NCBI GenBank assembly: GCA_963822445.1
Contig: CAWGHO010000003.1
Coordinates: forward strand, 1,504,001-1,568,000
DNA length: 64,000 nucleotides
Direction: 5' to 3'
DNA from: an uncultured Acidobacteriota bacterium
GTDB lineage: Bacteria; Acidobacteriota; Thermoanaerobaculia; Gp7-AA8
The translations under genes were made by a program, and so were the position numbers. The notes beneath the pieces are model-generated. The model did not search any database and was not told the origin of the DNA. It saw only the letters and a list, made by a program, of their open reading frames with translations. Shown piece after piece: positions 21,316 through 31,120 of the stretch (positions are counted from its first letter, which is position 1; every line of letters starts with the position of its first letter).

Positions 21316-23424
21316 CTACTCGCTGCCGATGACCCACTTCTCGTACACCTCGCCGGGCAGCTCGCGTACGAAGCGGGAAGGCTCCATGAGGATATCCATG
21401 CCCCCGCGATCGCGGGCCATGACCGGGAAGACGAGATAGAGCTCCTGCATGGCCCGGGTGATGGCCACGTAGAACAGGCGGCGCTCTTCTTCTTCGCCGG
21501 GGATGACGAGCTCGCGGGTGCCCGCCTCATCAATCACCGGCGCGTCTTCCGTCGCCCCTTCCAGGAGCGGCAACGCCTCATGCAACCGATTCGGCTCGAT
21601 GCGGATGATCCCTCCCGGCACCCGCAAGGCCCGCTGCGACGGGAATCGCCCATCCGCGAGCCAGATCACGAACACCACCCGCCACTCCAGCCCCTTCGCC
21701 TGATGCACCGATGACAACACGATCTTCTCGTCTTCCGGACCGACCACGGCCACGTCCTCACCGGCAATCGGATTCGCGAGCGCGACCTCGTCGAGAAACT
21801 TTTCCACGTCCTCGTAGCGAAGCGCGTACTGCGAGAGCTGTTCGAGATCGTCGAGCCGGGCCTGGGCATTCGCGAATTTCGACCGGGCGTAGTCCGCGTA
21901 TCCGCGCTCGACGACGATGCGGATCGATTCAGAAGGGTTGTGGCGCATGCCTTCGCCGGCGAGCATCCCCAGCACGTCGCGCAGGCTTTTCATGCTTCCC
22001 GCGACTCCGCGTCCGCTGGCCTCGACGCCGCGCAGGAACACATCCAGCGGATTCGGCGAGCCGGAGATCCGCGACCACACTTCCGCCGCGGTTTTCTCGC
22101 CGACTTTCGGATAGAGCTTCATCACGCGCTTCCACGACAGCTCGTCGCGCGTGTTCGTCACGATCTTCAGATAGCCGAGAACGTCTTTGATGTGGGCCTG
22201 CTCGAAGAAGCGGACGCCGGAGCGGATCTCGTACGGAATCAGCCGCCGGGACAGCTCCATCTGCAGCTCGAGCGACTGGTAATGCGAGCGGTAGAGCACC
22301 GCGATCTCGGCGAGGCTCGTGCCTTCGTCGCGGAGCTCGAGAATGCGCTGGGCCACGAAATTCGCTTGCTCGAACACGTCGTCGACACCGACCACCGCCG
22401 GTTCGGGTCCGTCGCCGCGCACGGCCTGCAGCTCTTTGCGGAACTGAAAGCGATTGTGCGCGATCGATTCGTTGGCCAGATTCAGAATCTGCCGCGTCGA
22501 ACGGTAGTTCGTCTCCAGCTTGTAAATCTGCGTCTCCGGAAAGCGCAGCGGAAAGGTGAGGATGTTCTCGAACGACGCGCCGCGGAACGAATAGATCGAC
22601 TGCGCATCGTCGCCCACCACCATCACGTTTCGGCGTTCCGAGGCCATGGAGTCGATGATGTCCGCCTGGAGCTTGTTCGTGTCCTGGTACTCGTCGACGA
22701 GGATGTAGCGGTAGCGTCGTTTGAGAGCCGCGGACACTTCCGGATGCTCGTCGAGCAGCACCTTCCAGAACACGAGCAGGTCGTCGAAATCCATCGCGTT
22801 CGATTCGCGCTTGCGGTCTTTGTAGCGGCGGAACACGTTCACCATCTCGTCGCGATACAGCGCGAAGTGCGGGTAGTTGTTCTCGAGATGGAGCTCGAGC
22901 GGGGTGCGGGTGTTGATCAGAAACGAGTAGATGTCGAGGAGGACGTCGCCTTTAGGAAAGCGCTTCTCCATCGTGTTGATGCCGAGGGAGGAGACGGCGG
23001 ATTCCATCGTCTCCTTGGCGTCCTCGTCATCGAGGATGGTGAAGTTCGAGCGGTAGCCGAGCGGCTCGGCGTGACGGCGCAACAAGCGGTTGCCGATCGA
23101 GTGAAACGTGCCGCCCCAGATGCGGCGGGTGTCGATGGTGACGAGCTGCTCGACGCGGCTGAGCATCTCCCGCGCGGCTTTGTTGGTGAAGGTGACGATG
23201 AGGATGTCCGCGGGATCGACGCCGTCCTCGATCAGGCGCGAGACGCGATAGGTGAGGGCGCGTGTTTTTCCACTTCCCGCGCCGGCGATGACCAGCAGCG
23301 GCCCCTCGCCGGCCATGACCACGTCGAGCTGTTCCTGATTGAGCTCGTCTTCATAGCGGACCCGGTACTGCTTCTGTGGTTTTGCCGGTTTTTTGAGGGT
23401 GTAGCGGCGGACTTTGGTGGACAT
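21316..23424 (-). CDS. UvrD/PcrA-family SF1 DNA helicase
   Basis: AGAGSGKT, DEYQD, VGDDAQSIYSFRG, NYRS, HQAKGLEW and EERRLFYVAITRA motifs. Confidence 0.92.
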   Translation of the reverse strand: MSTKVRRYTLKKPAKPQKQYRVRYEDELNQEQLDVVMAGEGPLLVIAGAGSGKTRALTYRVSRLIEDGVDPADILIVTFTNKAAREMLSRVEQLVTIDTRRIWGGTFHSIGNRLLRRHAEPLGYRSNFTILDDEDAKETMESAVSSLGINTMEKRFPKGDVLLDIYSFLINTRTPLELHLENNYPHFALYRDEMVNVFRRYKDRKRESNAMDFDDLLVFWKVLLDEHPEVSAALKRRYRYILVDEYQDTNKLQADIIDSMASERRNVMVVGDDAQSIYSFRGASFENILTFPLRFPETQIYKLETNYRSTRQILNLANESIAHNRFQFRKELQAVRGDGPEPAVVGVDDVFEQANFVAQRILELRDEGTSLAEIAVLYRSHYQSLELQMELSRRLIPYEIRSGVRFFEQAHIKDVLGYLKIVTNTRDELSWKRVMKLYPKVGEKTAAEVWSRISGSPNPLDVFLRGVEASGRGVAGSMKSLRDVLGMLAGEGMRHNPSESIRIVVERGYADYARSKFANAQARLDDLEQLSQYALRYEDVEKFLDEVALANPIAGEDVAVVGPEDEKIVLSSVHQAKGLEWRVVFVIWLADGRFPSQRALRVPGGIIRIEPNRLHEALPLLEGATEDAPVIDEAGTRELVIPGEEEERRLFYVAITRAMQELYLVFPVMARDRGGMDILMEPSRFVRELPGEVYEKWVIGSE

Positions 23425-23515
23425 GTTGGGCCGCGGAAGGGTATAGGAGTGCGGTGGCGACAGCCACCGCTTTGGGTAGAAAAGCGGCGGCTTTGCCGCC
23501 GCACTCCTAAACCTG

Positions 23516-24409
23516 ATGCCGCGCTTTCTCGCGTTCGTCGCCGTCATCTTCTGGGGGATCTCCTTCGTTGCCACGAAGGCCGCCCTCGGCGAGGTCTCGC
23601 CGGTCACGCTGATCGGGATGCGCTTCTTCATCGGCGCCTTCCTGCTCCTCCTGCTCGTCCGGAAGCTGCCGCCCCGGAGCGAGTGGCCGTCGCTGGCGCT
23701 GATGGGCTTCGTCGGCGTCTTCGTCCACCAGATGCTGCAGTCGTATGCCCTGACCATGACCACCGCCTCCAGCACCGGCTGGCTGATCGGTCTCTGTCCG
23801 ATCTGGTCCGCGCTCCTGTCGGCGATCGTGCTTCGGGAGAAGTTCGGCGGCTGGAAGGTCGTGGGCCTGGTCGCCGGATTCTCCGGGGCGTTGCTGGTCG
23901 TCACCGGCGGCGATTTCAGCAAGAGTGTTTTCGGCCGCCCGTCGACCACCGGCGATCTCATGATCCTCGTCAGCACGATCAACTGGGCGATCTACTCCGT
24001 CATCGGGCACAAGACCATCCGCAGGATCGGCCCGCGGCTGGCCACGTCCGGGGCGATGCTGTTCGGCTCGCTCATGCTCCTGCCGTTCTTCGTGGCCAAT
24101 CGCGGATGGCGTGAGCTTCCCAACCTCTCCACCATCGGCTGGAGCTCCGTCCTCTTTCTCGGTATCGGCTGCTCGGCCCTCGGTTACCTGTTCTGGTACG
24201 GCGCACTCGAGCACATCGAAGTCTCGCGCGTCGCCGCTCTGCTCTATGCCGAGCCGCTGGTCACCTTCGCCGCAGCAGTTCTGTTGCTTGGCGAGCGGGT
24301 GAGCGGTGTCATCATCGCCGGCGGTATTCTCGTTCTCGTTGGCGTCGTCATCGCACAGTACGCACCCGGCGCGGCCCCGGCCGCGCAGATCACACCGGAG
24401 GAAGCATGA
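23516..24409 (+). CDS. EamA/DMT family transporter
   Basis: About 10 TM segments with a duplicated EamA pattern (FWGISF, LREK, LGE). Confidence 0.9.
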   Translation: MPRFLAFVAVIFWGISFVATKAALGEVSPVTLIGMRFFIGAFLLLLLVRKLPPRSEWPSLALMGFVGVFVHQMLQSYALTMTTASSTGWLIGLCPIWSALLSAIVLREKFGGWKVVGLVAGFSGALLVVTGGDFSKSVFGRPSTTGDLMILVSTINWAIYSVIGHKTIRRIGPRLATSGAMLFGSLMLLPFFVANRGWRELPNLSTIGWSSVLFLGIGCSALGYLFWYGALEHIEVSRVAALLYAEPLVTFAAAVLLLGERVSGVIIAGGILVLVGVVIAQYAPGAAPAAQITPEEA

Positions 24410-25491
24410 TTCGTCGTCTGCTCGTCGTTGCTGGAGTTGCCGTCCTGACCGTCGCTTGTGCGTCAACCGCGTCCTCGTCGACGCCCAAAGGCGACTTCGT
24501 CGATCCGAAAGCGAAGGATCCGAAGTTCCGCTACGGTGAGAACCCCGGACCGTCGCCGGTCGGCGCGATCCCCGACGTCGTCCTGAACGACGCCCAGCGC
24601 AACAAGGACGTGAAGCTGAGCATCGACTACCCGACGCGCACCGGCCCCCATCCGCTGGTCATCTTCTCGCACGGCAGCGGCCTGTCGAATCGTTCCTATC
24701 CCGGCCTCAGCTCGCACTGGGCCAGTTACGGATACGTGGTCATTCGCCCCGCGCACAGCGACACGGTGACAGTTGATGAAATGACGACGACGCACTGGCG
24801 CGAGCGTGCCAGCGACGTCACCTTCATCCTCGATTCGCTGCCGGCGCTCATCCAGAAATATCCGGAGCTCGAAGGAAAGATCGACGCCGCGAACGTCGCT
24901 GTTGCCGGACACGCCCGGGGCGCAACGACCGCGTTGATGCTCGGCGGCCTGCGCACGTTCCCCGGCCCGGTCGCGTTCGCCGATCCGCGGGTGAAGGCCG
25001 TCGTCGCGTTCTCACCGAACGGGCCGCGCGAGCAGTGGGGGCTGACCCCGGAATCATGGGCGGAGGTCCGTGTGCCGGCGCTGTTCGTGACGGGATCGCG
25101 CGACACCGGCGGTACGGATACGGAAACGCCGGCGTGGCGTGAAGAAGCGTTCGCGCTTTCGCCGGCCGGCGAGAAGTGGTTCGTCACCATCGAAGGGGTG
25201 AGGGCCTCGACCTTCACCGGACAGTCCTACGGCGTGATCGATGACCGCGCCACGAGTCATACCGCGGTCGTTGCAAATCCGAACGTCGATCCGGTCGTCG
25301 CACGGCAGCAGGCGCAGCAGATGGAAGTCGCCCGTTCACGCGCCAGCGGCCTCGGCGAACGCGTGCTCTTCGGCACGATTCGATCGATCGCCCTCGCGTT
25401 CTTCGATGCGTATCTTAAGAACGACACCGGCGGCCGCGATTACCTGAAACGCGCCGACGACCGGACGCACATCGCGGTGAAGACGAAGTAA
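24406..25491 (+). CDS. Lipoprotein with alpha/beta hydrolase fold, probably catalytically inactive
   Basis: Lipobox TVAC; PLVIFSHG and ADPRVKA motifs; nucleophile elbow reads GHARG. Confidence 0.75.
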   Translation: MIRRLLVVAGVAVLTVACASTASSSTPKGDFVDPKAKDPKFRYGENPGPSPVGAIPDVVLNDAQRNKDVKLSIDYPTRTGPHPLVIFSHGSGLSNRSYPGLSSHWASYGYVVIRPAHSDTVTVDEMTTTHWRERASDVTFILDSLPALIQKYPELEGKIDAANVAVAGHARGATTALMLGGLRTFPGPVAFADPRVKAVVAFSPNGPREQWGLTPESWAEVRVPALFVTGSRDTGGTDTETPAWREEAFALSPAGEKWFVTIEGVRASTFTGQSYGVIDDRATSHTAVVANPNVDPVVARQQAQQMEVARSRASGLGERVLFGTIRSIALAFFDAYLKNDTGGRDYLKRADDRTHIAVKTK

Positions 25492-25506
25492 CCCGAGCTT
25501 CATGCG

Positions 25507-26235
25507 GTGAGCGAGCCGGTCATCCACGTCGCGGACCTGACACGCCGCTTCGGCGGCAAGACGGCCCTCGACTCGGTGACGCTGTCGCTGCCGCGCGGCG
25601 GCGTTTACGGTCTCGTCGGCGCAAACGGCGCCGGCAAAACGACGCTCATCAAACACATTCTCGGACTGCTGCGCGCGGAAAGCGGCTCGGTGCGCGTGTT
25701 CGGCCTGAATCCCGTCGCCGACCCGGTCGGCGTGCTGTCGCGGATCGGGTATTTGTCCGAGGAGAATGACCTGCCGGGGTGGATGCGGGTGGATGAGCTG
25801 ATTCGCTACTCGCGCGCCTTTTATCCGGCCTGGGACGACGCTTACGCAGAGGAGCTGCGGCACGCGTTCGCGCTCGACCCGGCCGCGAAAATCAAGAATC
25901 TTTCGAAAGGGCAGAAAGCGCGTGCGGGACTGCTGATCGCGCTGGCGTATCGCCCCGAGCTGCTGGTGCTCGACGAGCCGTCGTCCGGCCTCGACCCGAT
26001 CGTGCGGCGCGACATTCTCGGCGCCGTCATTCGCACCATCGCCGATGAGGGTCGGACCGTGCTCTTCTCGTCGCACCTGCTGGAGGAAGTCGAGCAGGTC
26101 GCCGATCACGTGACGATGATCCGCGGAGGACGGATCGTGCTGAGCGCGACTCTCGAGGAGATCAGGGAATCGCACCGCGTCGGCGAGCGCGTGCCGTCGC
26201 TCGACGAGATTTTCGTTACCCGCGTAGGAACGTGA
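25507..26235 (+). CDS. ABC transporter ATP-binding protein
   Basis: GANGAGKT, LSKGQ, LDEP and SSH motifs. Confidence 0.92.
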   Translation: MSEPVIHVADLTRRFGGKTALDSVTLSLPRGGVYGLVGANGAGKTTLIKHILGLLRAESGSVRVFGLNPVADPVGVLSRIGYLSEENDLPGWMRVDELIRYSRAFYPAWDDAYAEELRHAFALDPAAKIKNLSKGQKARAGLLIALAYRPELLVLDEPSSGLDPIVRRDILGAVIRTIADEGRTVLFSSHLLEEVEQVADHVTMIRGGRIVLSATLEEIRESHRVGERVPSLDEIFVTRVGT

Positions 26236-27794
26236 TGCGATCTCCGGCAGCGGCGTTCGCCTGGCAGTTCGGCCGGCAGCATCGCTGGGGAATGATCGCC
26301 GTCGTCGCCTACTTCCTCGCGCTGGGCGCGATCAAGCCGATTCTCGGCGAGGGACACGCGATCGAACTGGATCCGCCGAATGAGATGGGCGCATTGCTGC
26401 TCGTGCCGTACACGGCAACCTATCTCTATTTCCTGGCGGTGTTCAGCTTCGGTCTTTCCGGAGACCTGGCCGCGCGCGAGTCGATGTATCCCGCTCGCAT
26501 GTTCACGCTGCCCGTGAAGACGGCAGCGCTCGCGGGATGGCCGATGCTTTACGGCATCGGCGCGATGTTCGGGTTGTGGGCGACGGCGGTGCTCCTCGCG
26601 CGATGGCCGTGGGGAATCGAGCTGCCCTGGTTCTGGCCGGCGTTGCTGGCCGCGGCCTTCCTGGCCTGGACGCAGGTCTTCACCTGGATGCCGTACGGAC
26701 TCCGCGGGCTGCGCGTGGTCGCGGCGTTGTTATGGCTGCCGGTGCTCGACGCCATCGTTTTCACTGCCGTTCACTACAGAGTTTCCGAGGGGATGATGAT
26801 CGCGTTCCTCGCGCCGCAGATTCCGCTGGCGTATCTCGCGGCGTGGTACGCGGTGGCGCGAGCGCGCCGCGGTGAGGTGCCCGACTGGAGTGTGGCCTTG
26901 CCGGTCCGCGCGCAACGGCGAGATGGGTTCAAGTCGTCCTCGCGGGCGCAGTCATGGTTCGAATGGCAGCAGCATGGGCGTTCGTTGCCGGTGTGGGTGG
27001 CGATCCTCCTGCCGTTCGAGCTGGCCCTGATGTTCGTCACCGACAACGACACGCCGGTATTCGTCGTGACCGCGCTGGCTCTCGCGCTGCTCACGCCGCC
27101 GTTCATGGCCTCGTTCGCTCCTGCGCAACGCCTGACGCCTTTCACCGCGACGCGGCCGATGAGCACCGCGGCGCTCATCGCGGCGAAGTTGAAGGTGGCC
27201 GTCCGGAGCACACTTGCCGCATGGCTGCTGGTCTTCCTCGCCGTCCCGATTGCGCTGACGCTGGCGGGTGCGTGGCCGGTGGTCGTCGAACGAATCGGAT
27301 CGGGACGCGCGATCGTGATCGCTTTGCTGGTGATCGCCGCGTTGATCATCGCGACGTGGAAGCAACTCGTGCAAAGCCTCTGCGTCGGTCTGAGCGGACG
27401 TGAAGGGCTGATCAAGTCGCGCGTCTTCCTGGCACTGACCTTCCTGGTCATCCTCGGCTTCGTCGTCCCCTGGGTCATCAATGACCGTGTCGTGATGGTC
27501 GCGCTCTGGGACGCGCTGCCGTGGATCGGCGCGGTGCTGGTCTGCTTGAAGATGGTGGCCGGGATCTGGATCGTCACGCGTCTTCATTCCGCTCGGCTGG
27601 TCAGCGATCGTGCGCTGCTCATCGCCGCCGCCTGCTGGAGCGCAACGGTGGTCGCGCTCTACGGTCTTCTAACGTGGCTGCTCGGAATGCCGCTCATCCC
27701 TCGGTATCTCTTCGGCCTTGTGGCGATCGTGGTGATGCCGCTGGTTCGACTGTCCGCGGCGCCGCTGGCGCTCGCGTGGAATCGACACAAATGA
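26232..27794 (+). CDS. Putative ABC permease (about 12 TM, two-fold repeat)
   Basis: Highly hydrophobic; duplicated FTLPV/ATRPM motif; coupled to the ABC ATPase. Confidence 0.7.
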   Translation: MMRSPAAAFAWQFGRQHRWGMIAVVAYFLALGAIKPILGEGHAIELDPPNEMGALLLVPYTATYLYFLAVFSFGLSGDLAARESMYPARMFTLPVKTAALAGWPMLYGIGAMFGLWATAVLLARWPWGIELPWFWPALLAAAFLAWTQVFTWMPYGLRGLRVVAALLWLPVLDAIVFTAVHYRVSEGMMIAFLAPQIPLAYLAAWYAVARARRGEVPDWSVALPVRAQRRDGFKSSSRAQSWFEWQQHGRSLPVWVAILLPFELALMFVTDNDTPVFVVTALALALLTPPFMASFAPAQRLTPFTATRPMSTAALIAAKLKVAVRSTLAAWLLVFLAVPIALTLAGAWPVVVERIGSGRAIVIALLVIAALIIATWKQLVQSLCVGLSGREGLIKSRVFLALTFLVILGFVVPWVINDRVVMVALWDALPWIGAVLVCLKMVAGIWIVTRLHSARLVSDRALLIAAACWSATVVALYGLLTWLLGMPLIPRYLFGLVAIVVMPLVRLSAAPLALAWNRHK

Positions 27795-28708
27795 AAGCGT
27801 TGATCGTGGCCGTCGTCAGCATTCCGGCGTTCCTGGTCGCGATCGATGCAGCCTCGTTCCACGTCCTCAATCGCAACAACGGCACGCTCACCTCCTCGGG
27901 GGAGAAACGGGAGTACCTGCTGCACGTTCCGGCGAGTTACGACCGTACCCGGCCGGCGCCGCTCGTGATCAGCCTCCATGGCGCGGCGATCTGGCCGGCC
28001 GTGCAGCGGGACATCAGCCGCTGGAATCGCGTCGCCGACGAGCATGGATTCATCGTCGTCTATCCGTCAGGAAACGGCTTGCGCCGGGGACACCAGGGCG
28101 GAAGGCACAAGGTGTGGAACGTGAACCGCGGCCCCGGCCTTCAGCGCGACGTCCGTTTCATCTCCGACCTGATCGACAAACTGCAATCGACCTACAACAT
28201 CGACCCCGCGCGCATCTACGCGGACGGACTGTCGAACGGAGGCGGCATGGCCTTCGTCCTTTCCTGCACGCTTTCCGATCGGATCGCGGCAGTGGGGATG
28301 GTTGGCGCCGCGCAGTCCTTGCCGTGGAACTGGTGTACGGACGATCGACCCGTACCGATGATCAACTTCCACGGCACCGCCGATACCTTCGCGAACTACA
28401 ACGGCGGCACGTCACTGGTCTCCCGCAATCACTCCTTCCCGAGCGTCACATCCTGGACGTCGAACTGGGCTCGGAGAAACCGCTGCTCGCCTGCACCCGT
28501 CGAAACGCGCGTCGCCACCGACGTCACCCGCATCGAGTACACGAACTGCGCTGCGCCGGTAGTGCTGTACCGAATCGAAGGCGGCGGCCACACCTGGCCG
28601 GGCGGCAAACCAATGCCGGAGTGGATGGCCGGAACGACGACCGAGAGCATCGACGCGACACGGGAGATGTGGGCGTTTTTTCGGGGGAGGCGGGCGGGGA
28701 GGGAGTAG
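27791..28708 (+). CDS. PHB depolymerase/LpqC-like esterase
   Basis: PLVISLHG, GLSNGG, HGTAD and GGGHTWPG motifs. Confidence 0.88.
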   Translation: MKALIVAVVSIPAFLVAIDAASFHVLNRNNGTLTSSGEKREYLLHVPASYDRTRPAPLVISLHGAAIWPAVQRDISRWNRVADEHGFIVVYPSGNGLRRGHQGGRHKVWNVNRGPGLQRDVRFISDLIDKLQSTYNIDPARIYADGLSNGGGMAFVLSCTLSDRIAAVGMVGAAQSLPWNWCTDDRPVPMINFHGTADTFANYNGGTSLVSRNHSFPSVTSWTSNWARRNRCSPAPVETRVATDVTRIEYTNCAAPVVLYRIEGGGHTWPGGKPMPEWMAGTTTESIDATREMWAFFRGRRAGRE

Positions 28709-28865
28709 ATAGCCCACGCTCGGAATCGCACGAATCAGTTCGAATCGTCGAACTCTGCCAGCAGATCGTCAGCATCGACAACCTCGCCACGATCCGCCTG
28801 CGCCATCGACTCGCGCCCCCCATCGAATAAACTCGCCACCGCGTGATCGTCCCGGTGCCACTGTT

Positions 28866-30641
28866 ATGATGGAAGTAATGCCTGACGCCCCACTCGAGCC
28901 GCAGGGCCTCGAGCGAAAGCTCACGGAACAGCGGATGCAGAGTGAGCAGCTGCGGCTGCTCGGCAGTGCCGTTCATGTCACTCCGGAAGGCATCGCCATC
29001 CTCACGCCGGCGGTCGAAGCGGTGGGGCCGCGCATCGCGTTCGTCAACGACGGCTTCTGCTCGATTTACGGCTATCGCCGCGATGACGTCATTGGCCAGA
29101 CCCCGCTGATCTTCGGGATCGTCGAGCGCCACCAGTCGATCTTCGATTCCCTGCTGCAGCACGTCTTCGAGCACCGGCCGTTCTCGGCCGACGCGACGGC
29201 TCGCAGGGCGGATGGGGACGAGTTCGAGCTCGATCTGCAGCTCGTTCCGGTCGAAGACGGCGGTCAGCTGACGCATTGGGTCGCGTTCCTGCGTGACGTG
29301 ACGGCCGCGAAGCACCAGGTCGTCTCCCTGCGCCACCAGGCCACGCACGATGCGCTCACCGGGCTACCGAACCGCACGCTGCTCTTCGAGTCGCTCGAAC
29401 GGGCGATCGAGACCGCGCGCGGTGATCAGACCATTGTCGCGCTGATGGTCATGGACCTCGACCGCTTCAAGGAAGTGAACGACACGTTTGGCCATCACTT
29501 CGGCGACACGCTCCTCAAGCAGGTCGCCTTCCGCGTGCAGAACCAGCTTCACGATAGCGACGTCGTCGCGCGACTCGGCGGCGACGAGTTCGCGATCGTC
29601 CTGCCCAAGGCCGACGACACCAACGACGTCTCCGGGGCCGCGCGCCGGATTCTCAACACGCTCGAACAGCCGTTCGTGATCGAGGGGCAGGTTCTCGACG
29701 TCGGCGCGAGCATCGGCATCGCCCTGTTTCCGGAGCACGGCACCGACGCGCGCACGCTCCTGCGCCGCGCAGACGTCGCGATGTACACCGCCAAGCAGCA
29801 GCAGAGCGGCTACAGCTTTCATCGCGAGGAGCTGGAAACCCGCTCGCCCGATCAACTCGCGCTGGTCGTGGAGCTCCGCGGCGCGATCGAGCGCAATGAG
29901 CTCGAGCTGCATTTCCAGCCCAAGCTGCATCTGCGCAGTGGACTGATGACCCGCGCCGAGGTGCTGATGCGCTGGAATCACCCCCAGCGCGGCCTGCTCT
30001 CACCGATCCACTTCATTCCGATGGCCGAGCGCACCGGGTTGATCCGCTCGATGACCGACTGGCTGCTCGATCGCGCCCTGCAGCAGGTTCGCGAATGGCA
30101 GGACCAGGGCGCGCCGGTTCACATCGCCATCAATATCTCCGCGCGCAGCCTGCTCGATCAGGCATTGCCCTCGAAGGTGCAGAAGAAGCTCGATCAGTGG
30201 AAAGTCGACCCGCGCTTTCTCAAGGTCGAGATCACCGAGAGCAGCATCATGGCCGACCCCGCGCACGCGCTGGCCATCCTGTCGATGCTCCAGTCGATGG
30301 GCGTGCGCCTGTCGATCGATGACTTCGGCACGGGCTACTCGTCGCTCACACATCTGCGCGAGCTGCCGGTCGACGAGATCAAGATCGACAAGTCCTTCGT
30401 CATCGGCATGACCCGCAATGAAGCCGACGCGGCAATCGTCCGCACCGTCATCGACCTCGCCCACAACCTCGGCAAACAGGTCTGCGCTGAAGGAGTCGAG
30501 GATCGCGAGACCTGGCAGATGCTGATGGAGCTCGGTTGCGACTTGGCCCAGGGTTACTGGATCGGGAAGCCGATGAACGCTGCTGCGCTCATGACCTGGC
30601 TCAAGACGACGTCGTGGGGAATGACCAGGAACGCTATCTAG
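28866..30641 (+). CDS. PAS-GGDEF-EAL c-di-GMP signalling protein
   Basis: PAS domain (FVNDGF), HDALTGLPNR, RLGGDEF, EVLMRW and DDFGTGYSS motifs. Confidence 0.93.
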   Translation: MMEVMPDAPLEPQGLERKLTEQRMQSEQLRLLGSAVHVTPEGIAILTPAVEAVGPRIAFVNDGFCSIYGYRRDDVIGQTPLIFGIVERHQSIFDSLLQHVFEHRPFSADATARRADGDEFELDLQLVPVEDGGQLTHWVAFLRDVTAAKHQVVSLRHQATHDALTGLPNRTLLFESLERAIETARGDQTIVALMVMDLDRFKEVNDTFGHHFGDTLLKQVAFRVQNQLHDSDVVARLGGDEFAIVLPKADDTNDVSGAARRILNTLEQPFVIEGQVLDVGASIGIALFPEHGTDARTLLRRADVAMYTAKQQQSGYSFHREELETRSPDQLALVVELRGAIERNELELHFQPKLHLRSGLMTRAEVLMRWNHPQRGLLSPIHFIPMAERTGLIRSMTDWLLDRALQQVREWQDQGAPVHIAINISARSLLDQALPSKVQKKLDQWKVDPRFLKVEITESSIMADPAHALAILSMLQSMGVRLSIDDFGTGYSSLTHLRELPVDEIKIDKSFVIGMTRNEADAAIVRTVIDLAHNLGKQVCAEGVEDRETWQMLMELGCDLAQGYWIGKPMNAAALMTWLKTTSWGMTRNAI

Positions 30642-31026
30642 TCCTGACGTCGACCTTCGCCTTCAACCGCTTGTTGATCTTGTCCAGCTCCCGCTTCAGC
30701 TCGCGCCTCGTGTACCAGCTGCGAGGCGTGGTCGCGATCTGCGTGCCGGTTAGGGAAAACGCGTCGGGCCACTGTTGGGTGACGCCCATCTGCGTGCCGG
30801 CGAGCGGCATCATCAGGGTGGGGAAGGGGTGAAAGTTCCAGCTCGTGCCGAGGGCGTTAAAGCGGACGGAGTCGGGGAAGTAAGTGACCGGCGATTCTTC
30901 CTCGACGTCGATCGACATCACGAACTCCTGAATCGCCTCTTTCGAGTAATCCGGCTTCGGCGCCTCCTGCGCGGATGCGCTCGCGGCCAGGAGAAGGATC
31001 AGGAAGGTTGCGCTCGCTTTCATCAT
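30634..31026 (-). CDS. Small secreted hypothetical protein
   Basis: Signal peptide MKASATFLILLLAASASA|Q. Confidence 0.6.
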   Translation of the reverse strand: MMKASATFLILLLAASASAQEAPKPDYSKEAIQEFVMSIDVEEESPVTYFPDSVRFNALGTSWNFHPFPTLMMPLAGTQMGVTQQWPDAFSLTGTQIATTPRSWYTRRELKRELDKINKRLKAKVDVRTR

Positions 31027-31120
31027 CGTGTCTCTGACGTTCAACTATGCAAAACCGTTACGCAGTCTATCGCCAGAGTCCGGTGGAGGACGAGCGCATC
31101 TCATCCTCCACCTGTCAGGT

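Noticed and set aside
23425-23982. Long N-terminal extensions in the ORF track (helicase 888 aa, PepE 435 aa, AidB-like 575 aa, kinase 522 aa and others)
   Set aside because: They overlap neighbouring real genes; family homology and promoter or SD signals begin at the downstream starts used here.
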